A stretch of DNA of 64,000 nt from Ranitomeya imitator (GCF_032444005.1 NC_091282.1:476284001-476348000); one strand, 5' to 3'; counted from the first letter of the stretch, positions 22,491-34,853 are shown. Made by a program: numbers and translations. The notes: generated by a model not told the origin, from the letters alone.

Positions 22491-25000
22491 CAGTACATCG
22501 TTCCATCCACTATGCCCAAGCGGTGTAACATACCTCGAAGCTGCGGTGCAAAGCGTGGAATATTCTGTGAAATACTGAATCCGATGTCCTAGTCCAACAA
22601 GTGTCCAAGTACAAAGTGAAGAAAGGAAATTTTGAAACCGGTGAGGTGGCTTGGAAACAATAGCGCTCAGGTGACAAATTTTCCAACCAATTGTGTGCAC
22701 AGAACCTGTGGCCTATCAGCACATAGCTAGCAGCTCGACACGCCCCCTAGTGAACAACGTCACGCACAGATTATGCAAAATTTGCTCTGAATCGTCTTGT
22801 GTGACACGACCGTACGACTGTCCCATACGACTTCTACATCGCAAATATGTCATGAAATTATCGCTCCAGCGCCGTACATCGTGAAGTGTGACCGCAGTGG
22901 AGCGATAATTAAGCGACGATGTAACGTCACAAATCGTGCCGTCGTAGCGATCAAAATTGCACTGTGTGACGGTACCCTAAGTAAGAAACAAGTCAGATGT
23001 TCTACTAGTCTGTGGACCTGTTACCACAGCTAGATGGTGGATATCTTCAGGAGAAATCAGTGGGCAAGTTGACCGACTGCCAGCACATAAGTATAATCTA
23101 TACTAATACTTTCCACTAATACAACTCTAAATGGCTTCATTCCAAGATGGGGCACATCTGAATGCAGGCATGCTGACTATGGCCATAATGTCCACGTCAC
23201 TTTCCCAAAGAATTATATAAAAGCTAGAATACCTCAGCATTTGGCAGACATGCCGTTACTGTAACACCTCAGCATGCGATTATCTGTCCCTCCCTTTGTA
23301 TTACAGCTCGTTCCTGAAATGCTCTGCTTCCTCTAGCCCCAGTGAGGAACTATCCCTGCCTTGCCCACTCCTTTTCCTGATATACACCCAACTGGTGATC
23401 AATCTCATCTTACCTCACAGCATCCACGCCTAGCAGGCATCTTGCCAATTCAACCCGTCTCTTGACTTTTTGCTGAACACACATTATGGCAGGGCCGAGC
23501 TTCACACATGTAAAAAGGCAAAAAGATTTAATTCACTATACTACAAATGCTTTATGCCTGGAAATCTACACTCACAAGGGCACTTCAATCTCTGCTGATC
23601 CACTGCAGTGAGCTCACACCCGGAGCATATAGCAGTATTGTAGACGAACCTCTGCAGCATTTTAGTCTTTGGGGCCTATCATCAAGACTGGCATAGCGTA
23701 CGTTCATACTATGCGAGTCTTCCCAGCATGCAAGGCACTGAATTCATTAAGAGGAACATGCTCATCTTCTTGGTGGCCTGCATTGCACCAGAAATGGCTA
23801 CTCCAGGCAGGGATTGCAGAAGCATTTCTGGCATCCATAACGTCAGCATTATTGATGAATTTGAAGAGCGGTTGTGTCCACGCCCTTGTCCCGCCATGGT
23901 TCCACCAATTTTAGCTGATTCCAACACTAAGTCGCAAAATTTTTGTGCAACACACCAAAAATGTTGCGACCTTTTACAGATTGATAACTTAGCCCCTATG
24001 TTTCATGGATGGATAAAAAATGTTACTAGAAAATCTTGCAATAGTTTTTTTTCCGTCAGTTTATTAAAATATTAATTCAGTTATTGTTGACTAATGACAA
24101 TACCATTAGTAACCAAATTGATTAAATCTAGAATTCACTATTCATTGATAAAATGTATCCTATATTACTCTCTTGCTACACTTCCATTTCAGGAGTCTGT
24201 AAAACCTAAGTGAAAACTCTGTGATATTGATATATTGAACCAGTGGAGAGCTTGTACTAACTCAAGGTATGGCTCAGTGACTAGCACTAGGGTCCTGGGT
24301 TTAAATCCCACCAAGAACATCATCTGCAAGTAGTGTGCATCACGCGTTGCAACCTTTTATCAATTTTTTTCCATTGAGATTAGCTAGTGTCAAGGGTTGT
24401 AAACTTCTTGATTAGAATGTGCACCCATTGACAAAGGAACATCAAGTTCTCTGGAGATGGACATGTAACCCTGAGATTGTTGATATTTTTCAACAATTTT
24501 AGTCCTCAGACAGTTCCCTTTTCCGCTTAAGGTTCTCCCTGGTTAGTGTGGCACACACAGACACAATATGCAAACATTGAGTCAACTTCCCCTCTTTCTA
24601 TCGGTTTTCAGGTTTGATTTTCATATTGCTCAGACCTGTTACTTGCCATAGATGAGATTGGAGATTGAATGAGCATCACATGCTTAAAACAAAGTTGGGA
24701 AATGTGCCAATAACTTTGTCCTGGTCCATTTTGGGTTTTTTGTGTGAAATGATGTCCAATTTGCCCTTTTTTTAAATTTTTTTAATTTTATTTTTTTACA
24801 ATCTGTGTATAACAAAACATGTGTGATTGCAATCATCTTCTGGGAGAAATACTTCCTTTTCTGGCACAATTTCAAGGGCGACAACACTTTCGGCCATAAC
24901 TGAATTATTCAAAATTCACAGTTTCAAAACTTTTATGCCATTTACCACACTCCTTTTTAACCACCAGACCCCTGACAGAGACATCTAGAATAAGAGCAGA

Positions 25001-26710
25001 TACTGAAAACACAAATTTTCAGGCATGGACTTTAAGAACAGTTTTAAACTAATTTGAGGGTGCTGAATTCAAATCTGATCTTATAATTTCTCTATCACAT
25101 CACATTTTTGCGCTATATGTATATAGCCCATTTTCATGAATTCCATGATAAATATAAGTAGTGTATGAAAAGTGCCGGTTTATACTGTTCACTAAGGTAA
25201 ATTTAATTTTCATTTATTCTCCCAATAAATGTGCGAATATCTTTGTTTTCTTTGAACATGCATAATTCCAATTTGTTATGATAACACCCTTGTTTTCTGT
25301 GCTACTGGGACAGTAGAGCTACAGCAGAGCATTGGGTGAAAACTGAATGGCCTCAGCGACAGAGTTTGGCATCTGGCGATAAGAATGTCATCCATGATCC
25401 TCTAGTGGCTAGGAAGGACATTGTCTTTCCTCCCTTACACATAAAACTTGGATTGATGAAGCAGTTCGTCAAAGCTCTAAATCACAGTGGAGAATGCTTT
25501 AACTATATATGTTTAACTTTTCCTGGTCTTAGTGAAGAGAAGAAAAAGGCTGGAATATTTGATGGACCTCAAATAAGAACACTTATGAGAGACCCAAATT
25601 TTATCACATCAATGAATGTGACAGAAGAAAGAGCTTGGAATGCATTTTGTAATGTGGTGCAGAATTTTCTAGGGAATAAGAAAGCAGACAACTATGAAGA
25701 GAACGTGGAAGAGCTACTAATGAGTCTGCAAAATCTTGGATGTAGAATGAGTATCAAGATTCACTATTTACACAGCCATTTGGACTTTTTTCCAGAGAAA
25801 CTTGGGGATGTGAGCGAGGAACAAGGGGAGCATTTTCATCAGGACATTAAAACAATGGAAGAACGGTATCAAGGCCGGTGGGACTCACATATGATGGCTG
25901 AGTATAGCTGGAGCTTGATGAGAGACAATACAGAAGCTGAACATCACAGATCAGCCAAGAAAAGAAAGTTCAAATAACTGCCATTTGTCATTCATCTGTG
26001 TGCCATATATATGTGTTTTTATATTTTGTAGTTTAATTCTGTAAGGATATTTGATTTGCTGTACATAGACTTTGTAATCTTTGTTATTCCTTGAGTAAAA
26101 ATATACAAAATGTAGTACCGAAAATCATGTGTTTTTATCAGCAGCCAAAATTGACTTAAAATATGTTTTAGTAACATAGTAACATAGTAACATAGTTAGT
26201 AAGGCCGAAAAAAGACATTTGTCCATCCAGTTCAGCCTATATTCCATCATAATAAATCCCCAGATCTACGTCCTTCTACAGAACCTAATAATTATATGAT
26301 ACAATATTGTTCTGCTCCAGGAAGACATCCAGGCCTCTCTTGAACCCCTCGACTGAGTTCGCCATCACCACCTCCTCAGGCAAGCAATTCCAGATTCTCA
26401 CTGCCCTAACAGTAAAGAATCCTCTTCTATGTTGGTGGAAAAACCTTCTCTCCTCCAGACGCAAAGAATGCCCCCTTGTGCCCGTCACCTTCCTTGGTAT
26501 AAACAGATTCTCAGCGAGATATTTGTATTGTCCCCTTATATACTTATACATGGTTATTAGATCGCCCCTCAGTCGTCTTTTTTCTAGACTAAATAATCCT
26601 AATTTCGCTAATCTATCTGGGTATTGTAGTTCTCCCATCCCCTTTATTAATTTTGTTGCCCTCCTTTGTACTCTCTCTAGTACCTTTTGCCAGAAAAATT
26701 GCGTTGACCA
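25001..26710 (+). mobile_element. Internally deleted Chapaev3-like (CMC/Transib-related) DNA transposon with intact transposase C-terminus
   Basis: ORF 25336-25977 has PPLHIKLGLMKQFVKAL, GIFDGPQIR and KIHYLHSHLDFF...VSEEQGEHFHQDI...RYQG. Imperfect ends tactgaaaacacaaattttcaggca / tgccagaaaaattgcgttgaccattg. Family assignment is from recalled motifs. Confidence 0.6.
26171..26680 (-). mobile_element. 5'-truncated CR1 LINE inserted in the Chapaev-like element
   Basis: ORF 26285-26638 reads RLAKLGLFSLEKRRLRGDLITMYK...GFFTVRAVRIWNCLPEEVV (CR1 ORF2 end), with an 8-bp (CTATGTTA)n 3' tail at 26171-26196. Confidence 0.9.
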
Positions 26711-27616
26711 TTGTAATTACACCAAGCATACAGGATAAAAGTGTGGAGCTGTGTATATTATAATATATAGTGTGCAGCACCGGCGTCTATGCCTGCAGTC
26801 CCTCTGCCCCTGTAGAGACGCGAGCGTACTCTCCACCATGGTCTCCGTCCTGCTCCTTCTGGGTCTGCTGCTGCTACCCGGGGGGCATGCACTACATGCA
26901 GGTCCCCGGGCACTGTGCTTAGGGCGTGCGCACACTTCCTCTTTCTTAAAGGGGCCACGCGAGTTCCTCTAAAATGTCCCCAGCCAATAGCTGGATGACA
27001 CAATTTAAAGCACCTCCTCCAACATGGAGGTGCCTGTGCAATGTTGTGAGTTTGTTTCCTAATACTTGTGAGTTCTCAGAACCTAGTGCTCGTATCTCAG
27101 CCCGCTGCACCAGCCAGTTCTCATCTCAACGGCAGCCAGTCCAGTTGCAACTGCCAGTGCTTATATCAACAGCAGCCAGTCCCGCTGCACCTGCCAGTGC
27201 TCCTTTAAATGGCAGCCGGTCCAGTTGCACCTGCCAGTACGGCAGCCGATCCAGTTACACCTGCTAGAGCTCATCTCAACGGCAGCCGGTTCTGCTGCAC
27301 TTGCCAGTGCACTTCTGCGGTACCTGCCATTTTACTCCGTCTGCCTGCATCTGTTGGACATACCCACGGGCCCTCCAGCTACCGGTTCCTAGGGGTCAGC
27401 TGCCATCAACGCAAGGTCAGGCCTGGAGCAGCATCTGGACTACTTCTCTTGTCTTTCCTTGGATCTCGGCATTGTTAGCTGCTGCGTATTCATGGTCAGA
27501 TTGGGTGAGGCTCCTAGTCACTCCCCTCCAGGTCTTCCTTGGGCATCGGCACAGTGGTTTCACCACCCAGCCCGTTAAAGTGTGGAACCTGTGTATATAG
27601 TATGAAGCTCTATATA

Positions 27617-29223
27617 CAGTGGGGCAAAAAAGTATTTAGTCAGTCAGCAATAGTGCAAGTTCCACCACTTAAAAAGATGAGAGGCGTCTGTAATTTACAT
27701 CATAGGTAGACCTCAACTATGGGAGACAAACTGAGAAAAAAAAATCCAGAAAATCACATTGTCTGTTTTTTTAACATTTTATTTGCATATTATGGTGAAA
27801 AATAAGTATTTGGTCAGAAACAAACAATCAAGATTTCTGGCTCTCACAGACCTGTAACTTCTTCTTTAAGAGTCTCCTCTTTCCTCCACTCATTACCTGT
27901 AGTAATGGCACCTGTTTAAACTTGTTATCAGTATAAAAAGACACCTGTGCACACCCTCAAATAGTCTGACTCTAAACTCCACTATGGTGAAGACCAAAGA
28001 GCTGTCAAAGGACACCAGAAACAAAATTGTAGCCCTGCACCAGGCTGGGAAGACTGAATCTGCAATAGCCAACCAGCTTGGAGTGAAAAAATCAACAGTG
28101 GGAGCAATAATTAGAAAATGGAAGACATACAAGACCACTGATAATCTCCCTCGATCTGGGGCTCCACGCAAAATCCCACCCCGTGGGGTCAGAATGATCA
28201 CAAGAACGGTGAGCAAAAATCCCAGAACCACGCGGGGGGACCTAGTGAATGAACTGCAGAGAGCTGGGACCAATGTAACAAGGCCTACCATAAGTAACAC
28301 ACTACGCCACCATGGACTCAGATCCTGCAGTGCCAGACGTGTCCCACTGCTTAAGCCAGTACATGTCCGGGCCCGTCTGAAGTTTGCTAGAGAGCATTTG
28401 GATGATCCAGAGGAGTTTTGGGAGAATGTCCTATGGTCTGATGAAACCAAACTGGAACTGTTTGGTAGAAACACAACTTGTCGTGTTTGGAGGAAAAAGA
28501 ATACTGAGTTGCATCCATCAAACACCATACCTACTGTAAAGCATGGTGGTGGAAACATCATGCTTTGGGGCTGTTTCTCTGCAAAGGGGCCAGGACGACT
28601 GATCCGGGTACATGAAAGAATGAATGGGGCCATGTATCGTGAGATTTTGAGTGCAAACCTCCTTCCATCAGCAAGGGCATTGAAGATGAAACGTGGCTGG
28701 GTCTTTCAACATGACAATGATTCAAAGCACACCACCAGGGCAACGAAGGATTGGCTTCGTAAGAAGCATTTCAAGGTCCTGGAGTGGCCTAGCCAGTCTC
28801 CAGATCTCAACCCTATAGAAAACCTTTTGGAGGGAGTTGGAAGTCCGTGTTGCCAAGCGAAAAGCCAAAAACATCACTGCTCTAGAGGAGATCTGCATGG
28901 AGGAATGGGCCAACATACCAACAACAGTGTGTGGCAACCTTGTGAAGACTTACAGAAAACGTTTGACCTCTGTCATTGCCAACAAAGGATATATTACAAA
29001 GTATTGAGATGAAATTTTGTTTCTGACCAAATACTTATTTTCCACCATAATATGCAAATAAAATGTTAAAAAAACAGACTATGTGATTTTCTGGATTTTT
29101 TTTTCTCAGTTTGTCTCCCATAGTTGAGGTCTACCTATGATGTAAATTACAGACGCCTCTCATCTTTTTAAGTGGTGGAACTTGCACTATTGCTGACTGA
29201 CTAAATACTTTTTTGCCCCACTG
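27617..29223 (+). mobile_element. Young full-length Tc1 (DD34E) transposon, copy 1
   Basis: TA|cagtggggcaaaaaag...ctttttttgccccactg|TA with ~230-bp TIRs. ORF starts at 27984 with WSDETK, QHDND and NPIEN (34 residues between D and E). An extra T at ~28824-28827 shifts the C-terminus. Confidence 0.95.
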
Positions 29224-29474
29224 TATAATAGGATGTACCATGTAGTATATAGTGCGTGCACTATGTACACAGCTCCACACTTTATATTATGCAAACAGGT
29301 ATTGTCACGGTTTTACCATGATAGAGAGGAGCCAGAAGACAGCAGCATCTGATTTCTCCTACTCCTGCACTGCTTAGAAGCACTCCACCTTCATATTAAA
29401 CAGTGCAGGTTTCTTTTAGCATTGCAGGAGTAAAACTGCTCAGTTGAGAGCTCTTGGAAACTTTTGTGCATTAA

Positions 29475-30110
29475 AGGGAACCTGTCACCCCGAAAATCCG
29501 GGGTGAGGAAAGCCCACCGGCATCAGGGGCTTATCTACAGCATTCTGTAATGCTGTAGATAAGCCCCCGATGTAACCTGAAAAGGGAGAAAAAGACGTTA
29601 TATTATACTCACCCCGGGGCGGTCCCGCTGCTGGTCAGGTCGGATGGGCGTCTCCGGTCCGCTCCGGCGCCTCCTATCTTCATTCCATGACGTCTTCTTC
29701 TGATCTTCAGCCACGGCTCCGGCTCAGGTGTACTTTGCTCTGCCCTGTTGAGGGCAGACAAAGTACTGCAGTGCGCAGGCGCCGGGCCTCTGACCTTTCC
29801 GGCGCCTGCGCACTGCAGTACTATCCTCTGCCCTCAACAGGGCAGAGCAAAGTACGCCTGCGCTGGAGCCGTGGCTGAAGATCAGAAGAGGACGTCATGG
29901 AAAGAAGATAGGAGGCGCCGCAGCGGACCAGAGACGCCCATCCAACCTGACCAGCAGCGGGACCGCCCCTGGGTGAGTATAATCTAAAGTCTTTTTCTCC
30001 TTTTTCAGGTTACAACGGGGGCTTATCTACAGCATTACAGAATGCTGTAGATAAGCCCCTGATGCCGGTGGGCTTACCTCACCCCGGATTTTCGGGGTGA
30101 CAGGTTCCCT
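29475..30110. mobile_element. Near-perfect palindromic T2/Kolobok-type MITE
   Basis: TTAA|agggaacctgtcaccccgaaaatccgggg...ccccggattttcggggtgacaggttccct|TTAA. The arms are complementary over essentially the whole 636 bp. Confidence 0.9.
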
Positions 30111-30776
30111 TTAAGGCTCACAGTTGTCCACTGTTAGTCACTCCCATCTCCTATATAATCTGAGTCTTGGCTACCATTCATTGTCAGAGAAAGCTAATGT
30201 TGCATGGATAGGAGATGAATTAGTCCAATGGTGTCCAAAATCAATCAAATATGTAGGCACTTCAAATAATGTATAACAGTATCTCTTAACCCTGCTGTAC
30301 TGTTCGGGTCAATATGACCCGAAATGATTTTTGAGACCCTGTAGATTTTTTTATATGAGGATTTGAAACTAGTGGTATCTTGACTTCTCCTCATTTGTGG
30401 AGCTCTATAAATATTTTTTGTTTGTTTACTTTTTGCTACACGCTGATTGTTACACTCGTACTGTTTGGGTCAATATGACCCGATAGCATTTTATACTGTT
30501 CTATGGGTCTCTGATTATTTCTGACTGCAAAAGTTATGTTTTTTTATGTGTACTTCATCTCAAAATGGTGGTGGTTTCACTGTTCTTATCAGTAAACAAG
30601 TAATTATCTATTATTATCCATTTGCTGTTTGTGAGAGAGGAGACTGGTTGTCTATCATTCAAAAGCTGGGGGTTTCACGGTCATCAGTAATCAAGTATTT
30701 ATTTAGTCAAATGCATTTTCAGTTTGTGAGAGAAGACACTGTTGTCTTATAAATTGGACACCAGTCATTTGACTTA

Positions 30777-31479
30777 AGGTACCGTCACACTAGACGATAT
30801 CGCTAGCGATCCGTGACGTTGCAGCGTCCTCGCTAGCGATATCGTCCAGTGTGACAGGCAGCAGCGATCAGGCCCCTGCTGTGCTGTCGCTGGTCGGGGA
30901 AGAAAGTCCAGAACTTTGTTTCGTCGCTGGACTCCCCGCAGACATCGCTGAATCGGCGTGTGTGACACCGATTCAGCGATGTCTTCGCTGGTAACCAGGG
31001 TAAACATCGGGTAACTAAGCGCAGGGCCGCGCTTAGTAACCCGATGTTTACCCTGGTTACCATCGTCAAAGTAAAAAAACAAACACTACATACTTACCTA
31101 TCGCTGTCTGTCCTCGGCGCTCTGCTTCTCTGGTCTGGCTGTGAGCACAGCGGCCGGAAAGAAGAGCGGTGACGTCACCGCTCTGCTTTCCGGCTGCCCG
31201 GCGCTCACAGCCAGACCAGAGAAGCAGAGCGCCGGGGACAGACAGCGATAGGTAAGTATGTAGTGTTTGTTTTTTTACTTTAATGATGGTAACCAGGGTA
31301 AACATCGGGTTACTAAGCGCGGCCCTGCGCTTAGTTACCCGATGTTTACCCTGGTTACCGGCATCGTTGGTCGCTGGAGAGCGGTCTGTGTGACAGCTCT
31401 CCAGCGACAAAACAGCGACGCTGCAGCGATCCGGATCGTTGTCGGTATCGCTGCAGCGTCGCTGTGTGTGACGGTACCT
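30777..31479 (+). mobile_element. Harbinger-family MITE, copy A (nested in piggyBac)
   Basis: Termini aggtaccgtcacac / gtgtgacggtacct, TTA TSD. Confidence 0.85.
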
Positions 31480-31496
31480 TTACACCCTGAAGCTAA

Positions 31497-32185
31497 AGGT
31501 ACCTTCACACTAAGCGACGCTGCAGCGATACCGACAACGATCCGGATCACTGCAGCGTCGTTGTTTGGTCACTGGAGAGCTGTCACACAGACAGCTCTCC
31601 AGCGACCAACGATGCCGGTAACCAGGGTAAACATCGGGTTACTAAGCGCAGGGCCGCGCTTAGTAACCCGATGTTTACCCTGGTTACCATCCTAAAAGTA
31701 AAAAAAACAAACGCTTCATACTTACCTTCCGTGTCTGTCCCCGGCGCTCTGCTTCTCTGCTCTGGCTGTAAGCACAGCGGTGACGTCACCGCTCTGCTTT
31801 CCGGCTGCCCGGCGCTCACAGCCAGAGCAGAGAAGCAGAGCGCCGGGGACAGACAGCGGTAGGTAAGTATGAAGCGTTTGTTTTTTTTTACTTTAACGAT
31901 GGTAACCAGGGTAAACATCGGGTTACTAAGCGCGGCCCTGCGCTTAGTAACCCGATGTTTACCCTGGTTACCAGCGAAGACATCGCTGAATCGGCGTCAC
32001 ACACGCCGATTCAGCGATGTCAGCAGGAAGTCCAGCGACGAAATAAAGTTCTGGCCTTTCTGCCCCAACCAACGACATCACAGCAGGGGCCTGATCGCTG
32101 CTGCGTGTCACACTGGACGATATCGCTAGCCAGGACGCTGCAACGTCACGGATCGCTAGCGATATCGTCTAGTGTGACGGTACCT
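31497..32185 (-). mobile_element. Harbinger-family MITE, copy B, inverted relative to copy A
   Basis: Termini aggtaccttcacac / gtgtgacggtacct, TAA TSD. The sequence is the reverse complement of copy A. Confidence 0.85.
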
Positions 32186-32349
32186 TAAGTCCTGTGAAAG
32201 AGACACAGAGAGAGCACTGAGCTGTGAATACACATCTTTACTGGTATTCTTTTTTTTTTTCAAAACTTGGATAAAAATGTTTCTAAAATGTCTATTCGCT
32301 GACGCTGTGAATACATATCTTTACAACTATTCTTTTCTTTTCCAAACAG

Positions 32350-32922
32350 GTAATTCCAATGAGCACAATGCACCATGACAATGCCGTAAGTGATAGAGAA
32401 GACAGAAAGCCTGACATTATTTTGGATTATAATGCCACAAAGGGAGCAGTTGATACTTTAGACCAAGCAATATCGACATATACATGCAAACGCAAAACCA
32501 ATCGGTGGCCAATGATATTATTTTATAACATACTGGACATTTCTGCTTACAATGCATTTGTCTTATGGAGAGAAATCGACCCCGATTGGAACCGGAATAA
32601 GCTGCATAAAAGAAGATTATTTCTTGAGGAATTGGGCAAATCCCTGGTTAGGCCATATATTGAGAGCAGAAAAGTGACCCCCAGAAGTGAAGGAGCAACA
32701 GCCATTGTAAAAAGTGTCCAGCATGCTCAAGAAAGAGACTCCACATCCACGGCCTCCACCAGCACAGCTACCAGCAGCACAGCTACCAGCAAAAAAAGGA
32801 AGAGATGTAGCTTCTGTCCATCTTCCTGTGACAATAAGACTAATCTGACATGTGCTGGATGTTCAAAATATCTGTGTAAAGGACATGTGTCTTATTATTG
32901 TGTTCAGTGTAAAAACGCATGA
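32350..32922 (+). pseudogene. Intact 3' exon of a piggyBac (PGBD4-like) transposase with Cys-rich C-terminal domain
   Basis: Acceptor tcttttcttttccaaacag|gta att cca atg. Reads DYNATKGAVDTLDQ, RKTNRWP...FYNILD and ends CSFC...CAGCSKYLCKGH...CVQC. Confidence 0.85.
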
Positions 32923-33304
32923 ACATGTTCAGTTTTTCTTTCTAAAAAGGTTGAAGTTTTTATGATTTTTCATTTGTTGATTTATAAATATTGTTTTTAA
33001 AAAGTTAAATTTCATGTTTTAGTAATAGTAATGTAAAGCTTCTTTGTTATTTGTGTGCAGAATGCCAACAATCAAAGATAATTGTAAAAAGCCTGTGTAA
33101 CCTTTTTATGAAAAAAAATAAATTATTAAGTTTAAATTTTTCATTTGTTTATGATCAACCATGTTCACATACAGTATAACAATGAAAAAAAGTATTCAAA
33201 TAAAACACTTAGAGTAGCTAAAAATCAAGAATTAATAGGTCGGGTCATATTGACCCGGGAACAGTACAACTGTATAGCAAATGTGAACAGAACAGCAGGG
33301 TTAA

Positions 33305-33617
33305 TGTTATAGGAGATGCCCGGTCAATGGATGTAAGGTAAGTCTAATAATACCATAATAGATGGAGTAATAGAAGTAAATCTAAGGTTATCATACCTGG
33401 GTAGAAACATGGTGCCACTGGACTGAGTGTTTGAATGCATTTGGTGTCTCCCCCGACCCACGTGTCGCCCTAAGATTCCAAATCCATCCACACACTCAGT
33501 CCAGAGGCACTATGTTTCTAGCGAGGTATGATGACCTTGGATTTACTTCTATTACTGCACCTATTATGGTATTATTATACTTGCCTTACATACATTGACC
33601 GGGCATCACCTATAACG
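33305..33617. mobile_element. Palindromic MITE sharing a TTAA with the piggyBac right end
   Basis: tgttataggagatgcccggtcaatg...cattgaccgggcatcacctataacg with TTAA at both ends. Confidence 0.7.
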
Positions 33618-34620
33618 TTAAGGGGTATTGTTTACTACCTTACATTATACATAGTCTATATTGCCATATCCACAGTTTTTCTGTACCTCTCGTCTAGTGG
33701 GCCATAGGATTCAATGCATTGGAATGGTTCCACATATATTTTTTTAGGTGAGGATACCGGATTACTATAAATGGACCTATTCCATATCTATGGCTACTTT
33801 TTTAATGGTACACTTCTGTAAAAATTGTCTTGGAATGTATTGGGGTTCCCCCTACTGGGCACCATATACCTATTTGCCTGCTGTGTTTTGATCTACATGT
33901 GATTTTTTTTAGCTACTCTATAATTAAATTCAACTTTTTATCTCATGTATGGATCTCTTCTATAGGCAAATTATTAGTTATACAAGTCCAAATTGGGTTA
34001 ATAGCTAGGAGATGGTGGTTTGTCGTTGTTGATTGAGAAGGTGTTTGGTGGATTTATCTGTGACTATTGCTAGGTTGTGGGTGTGTGCTAATTCCCCTCC
34101 TTTGGTTTTACCCCATCGACCACTCCCCGGTGTTTACCTGTTTGTGAAATTATATTTGTAGGATTGATATTTTCCTTTATCCCGGTTTGCATTACCTTGT
34201 TAGTTTGATTGGTGTATTATGGTACACTACTACTCCCCTCTTCCCTGGGTGGGGGAAGGGTATAGATTGAGGGCAGATTCAGGAGCTAAGGCAAGGTACG
34301 TGGCAACGGCATCTTCACCATCAGAAGCAATCTGGGGAACAGGGCGAGCTAGGGTGACCATAGCGTTAGGGACAGGGATGGAGCCCCTGGCCCCGGGAAA
34401 ACCGACAACAGAGTCATGACATGTATAGCTCACATTATATCGTATAAAAAACACAGCTCCATATTACATAAACAACTCTACACTATATACACAGCTCCAC
34501 TGTAAACTATGTTAATCTGTATGCTATTCTATATACTGCAGGGCTGTGCGTATAGTACTGATAGAATTTCACGACTTCACAAAGGTCTATTTGGTTTAGT
34601 GGTTTGTTGCTTGTGTGTGT

Positions 34621-34853
34621 GGTTATTCATTATGCTTACATAGCGCTATCATATTCCGCAGCACTTTAAATACATCATCATCATTGTCCTCATCGGGGCT
34701 CACAATCTAAATTCCCTATTACTATGTCTTTGGAATGTAGGAGGAAACCAGTGTAGCCTGTGGAAACCCACGCACACACGGGGAGAACGTACAAGTTCCT
34801 TGAAGATGTAGCTATTGGTGGGATTTGAACCCAGGACCCCACTTAGCCACCGT
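34621..34853 (-). mobile_element. V-SINE copy
   Basis: Reverse complement of the 20782-21062 family (ggggctcacaatctaaattccctat, ggaggaaacc, gggatttgaacccaggac). Confidence 0.75.

Larger units (their letters stand above)
9594..22977 (+). mobile_element. Complete 13.4-kb PIF/Harbinger DNA transposon carrying five genes
   Basis: 55-bp TIRs gggtaccgtcacacagtacaattttgatcgctacgacggcacgattcgtgacgtt (2 mismatches to the right end). TAA TSD at 9591-9593 and 22978-22980. Encodes a DDE_Tnp_4-type transposase plus Myb/SANT-like and MADF genes. Confidence 0.95.
30290..33300 (+). mobile_element. Internally deleted piggyBac element
   Basis: TTAA|ccctgctgtactgttc...gaacagaacagcaggg|TTAA, with the subterminal palindrome cgggtcaatatgacccg at both ends. 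Confidence 0.9.

Noticed and set aside
23728-24075. 115-aa ORF
   Set aside because: Overlaps MITE-like remnants and has no domain or splice support.
26811-27579. Possible solo LTR
   Set aside because: It looks LTR-like (TG start, GC-rich internal repeats), but no TSD or CA end could be confirmed.
33640-34450. Possible L1 ORF2 3' remnant on the minus strand
   Set aside because: Only faint motif resemblance, too decayed to support.
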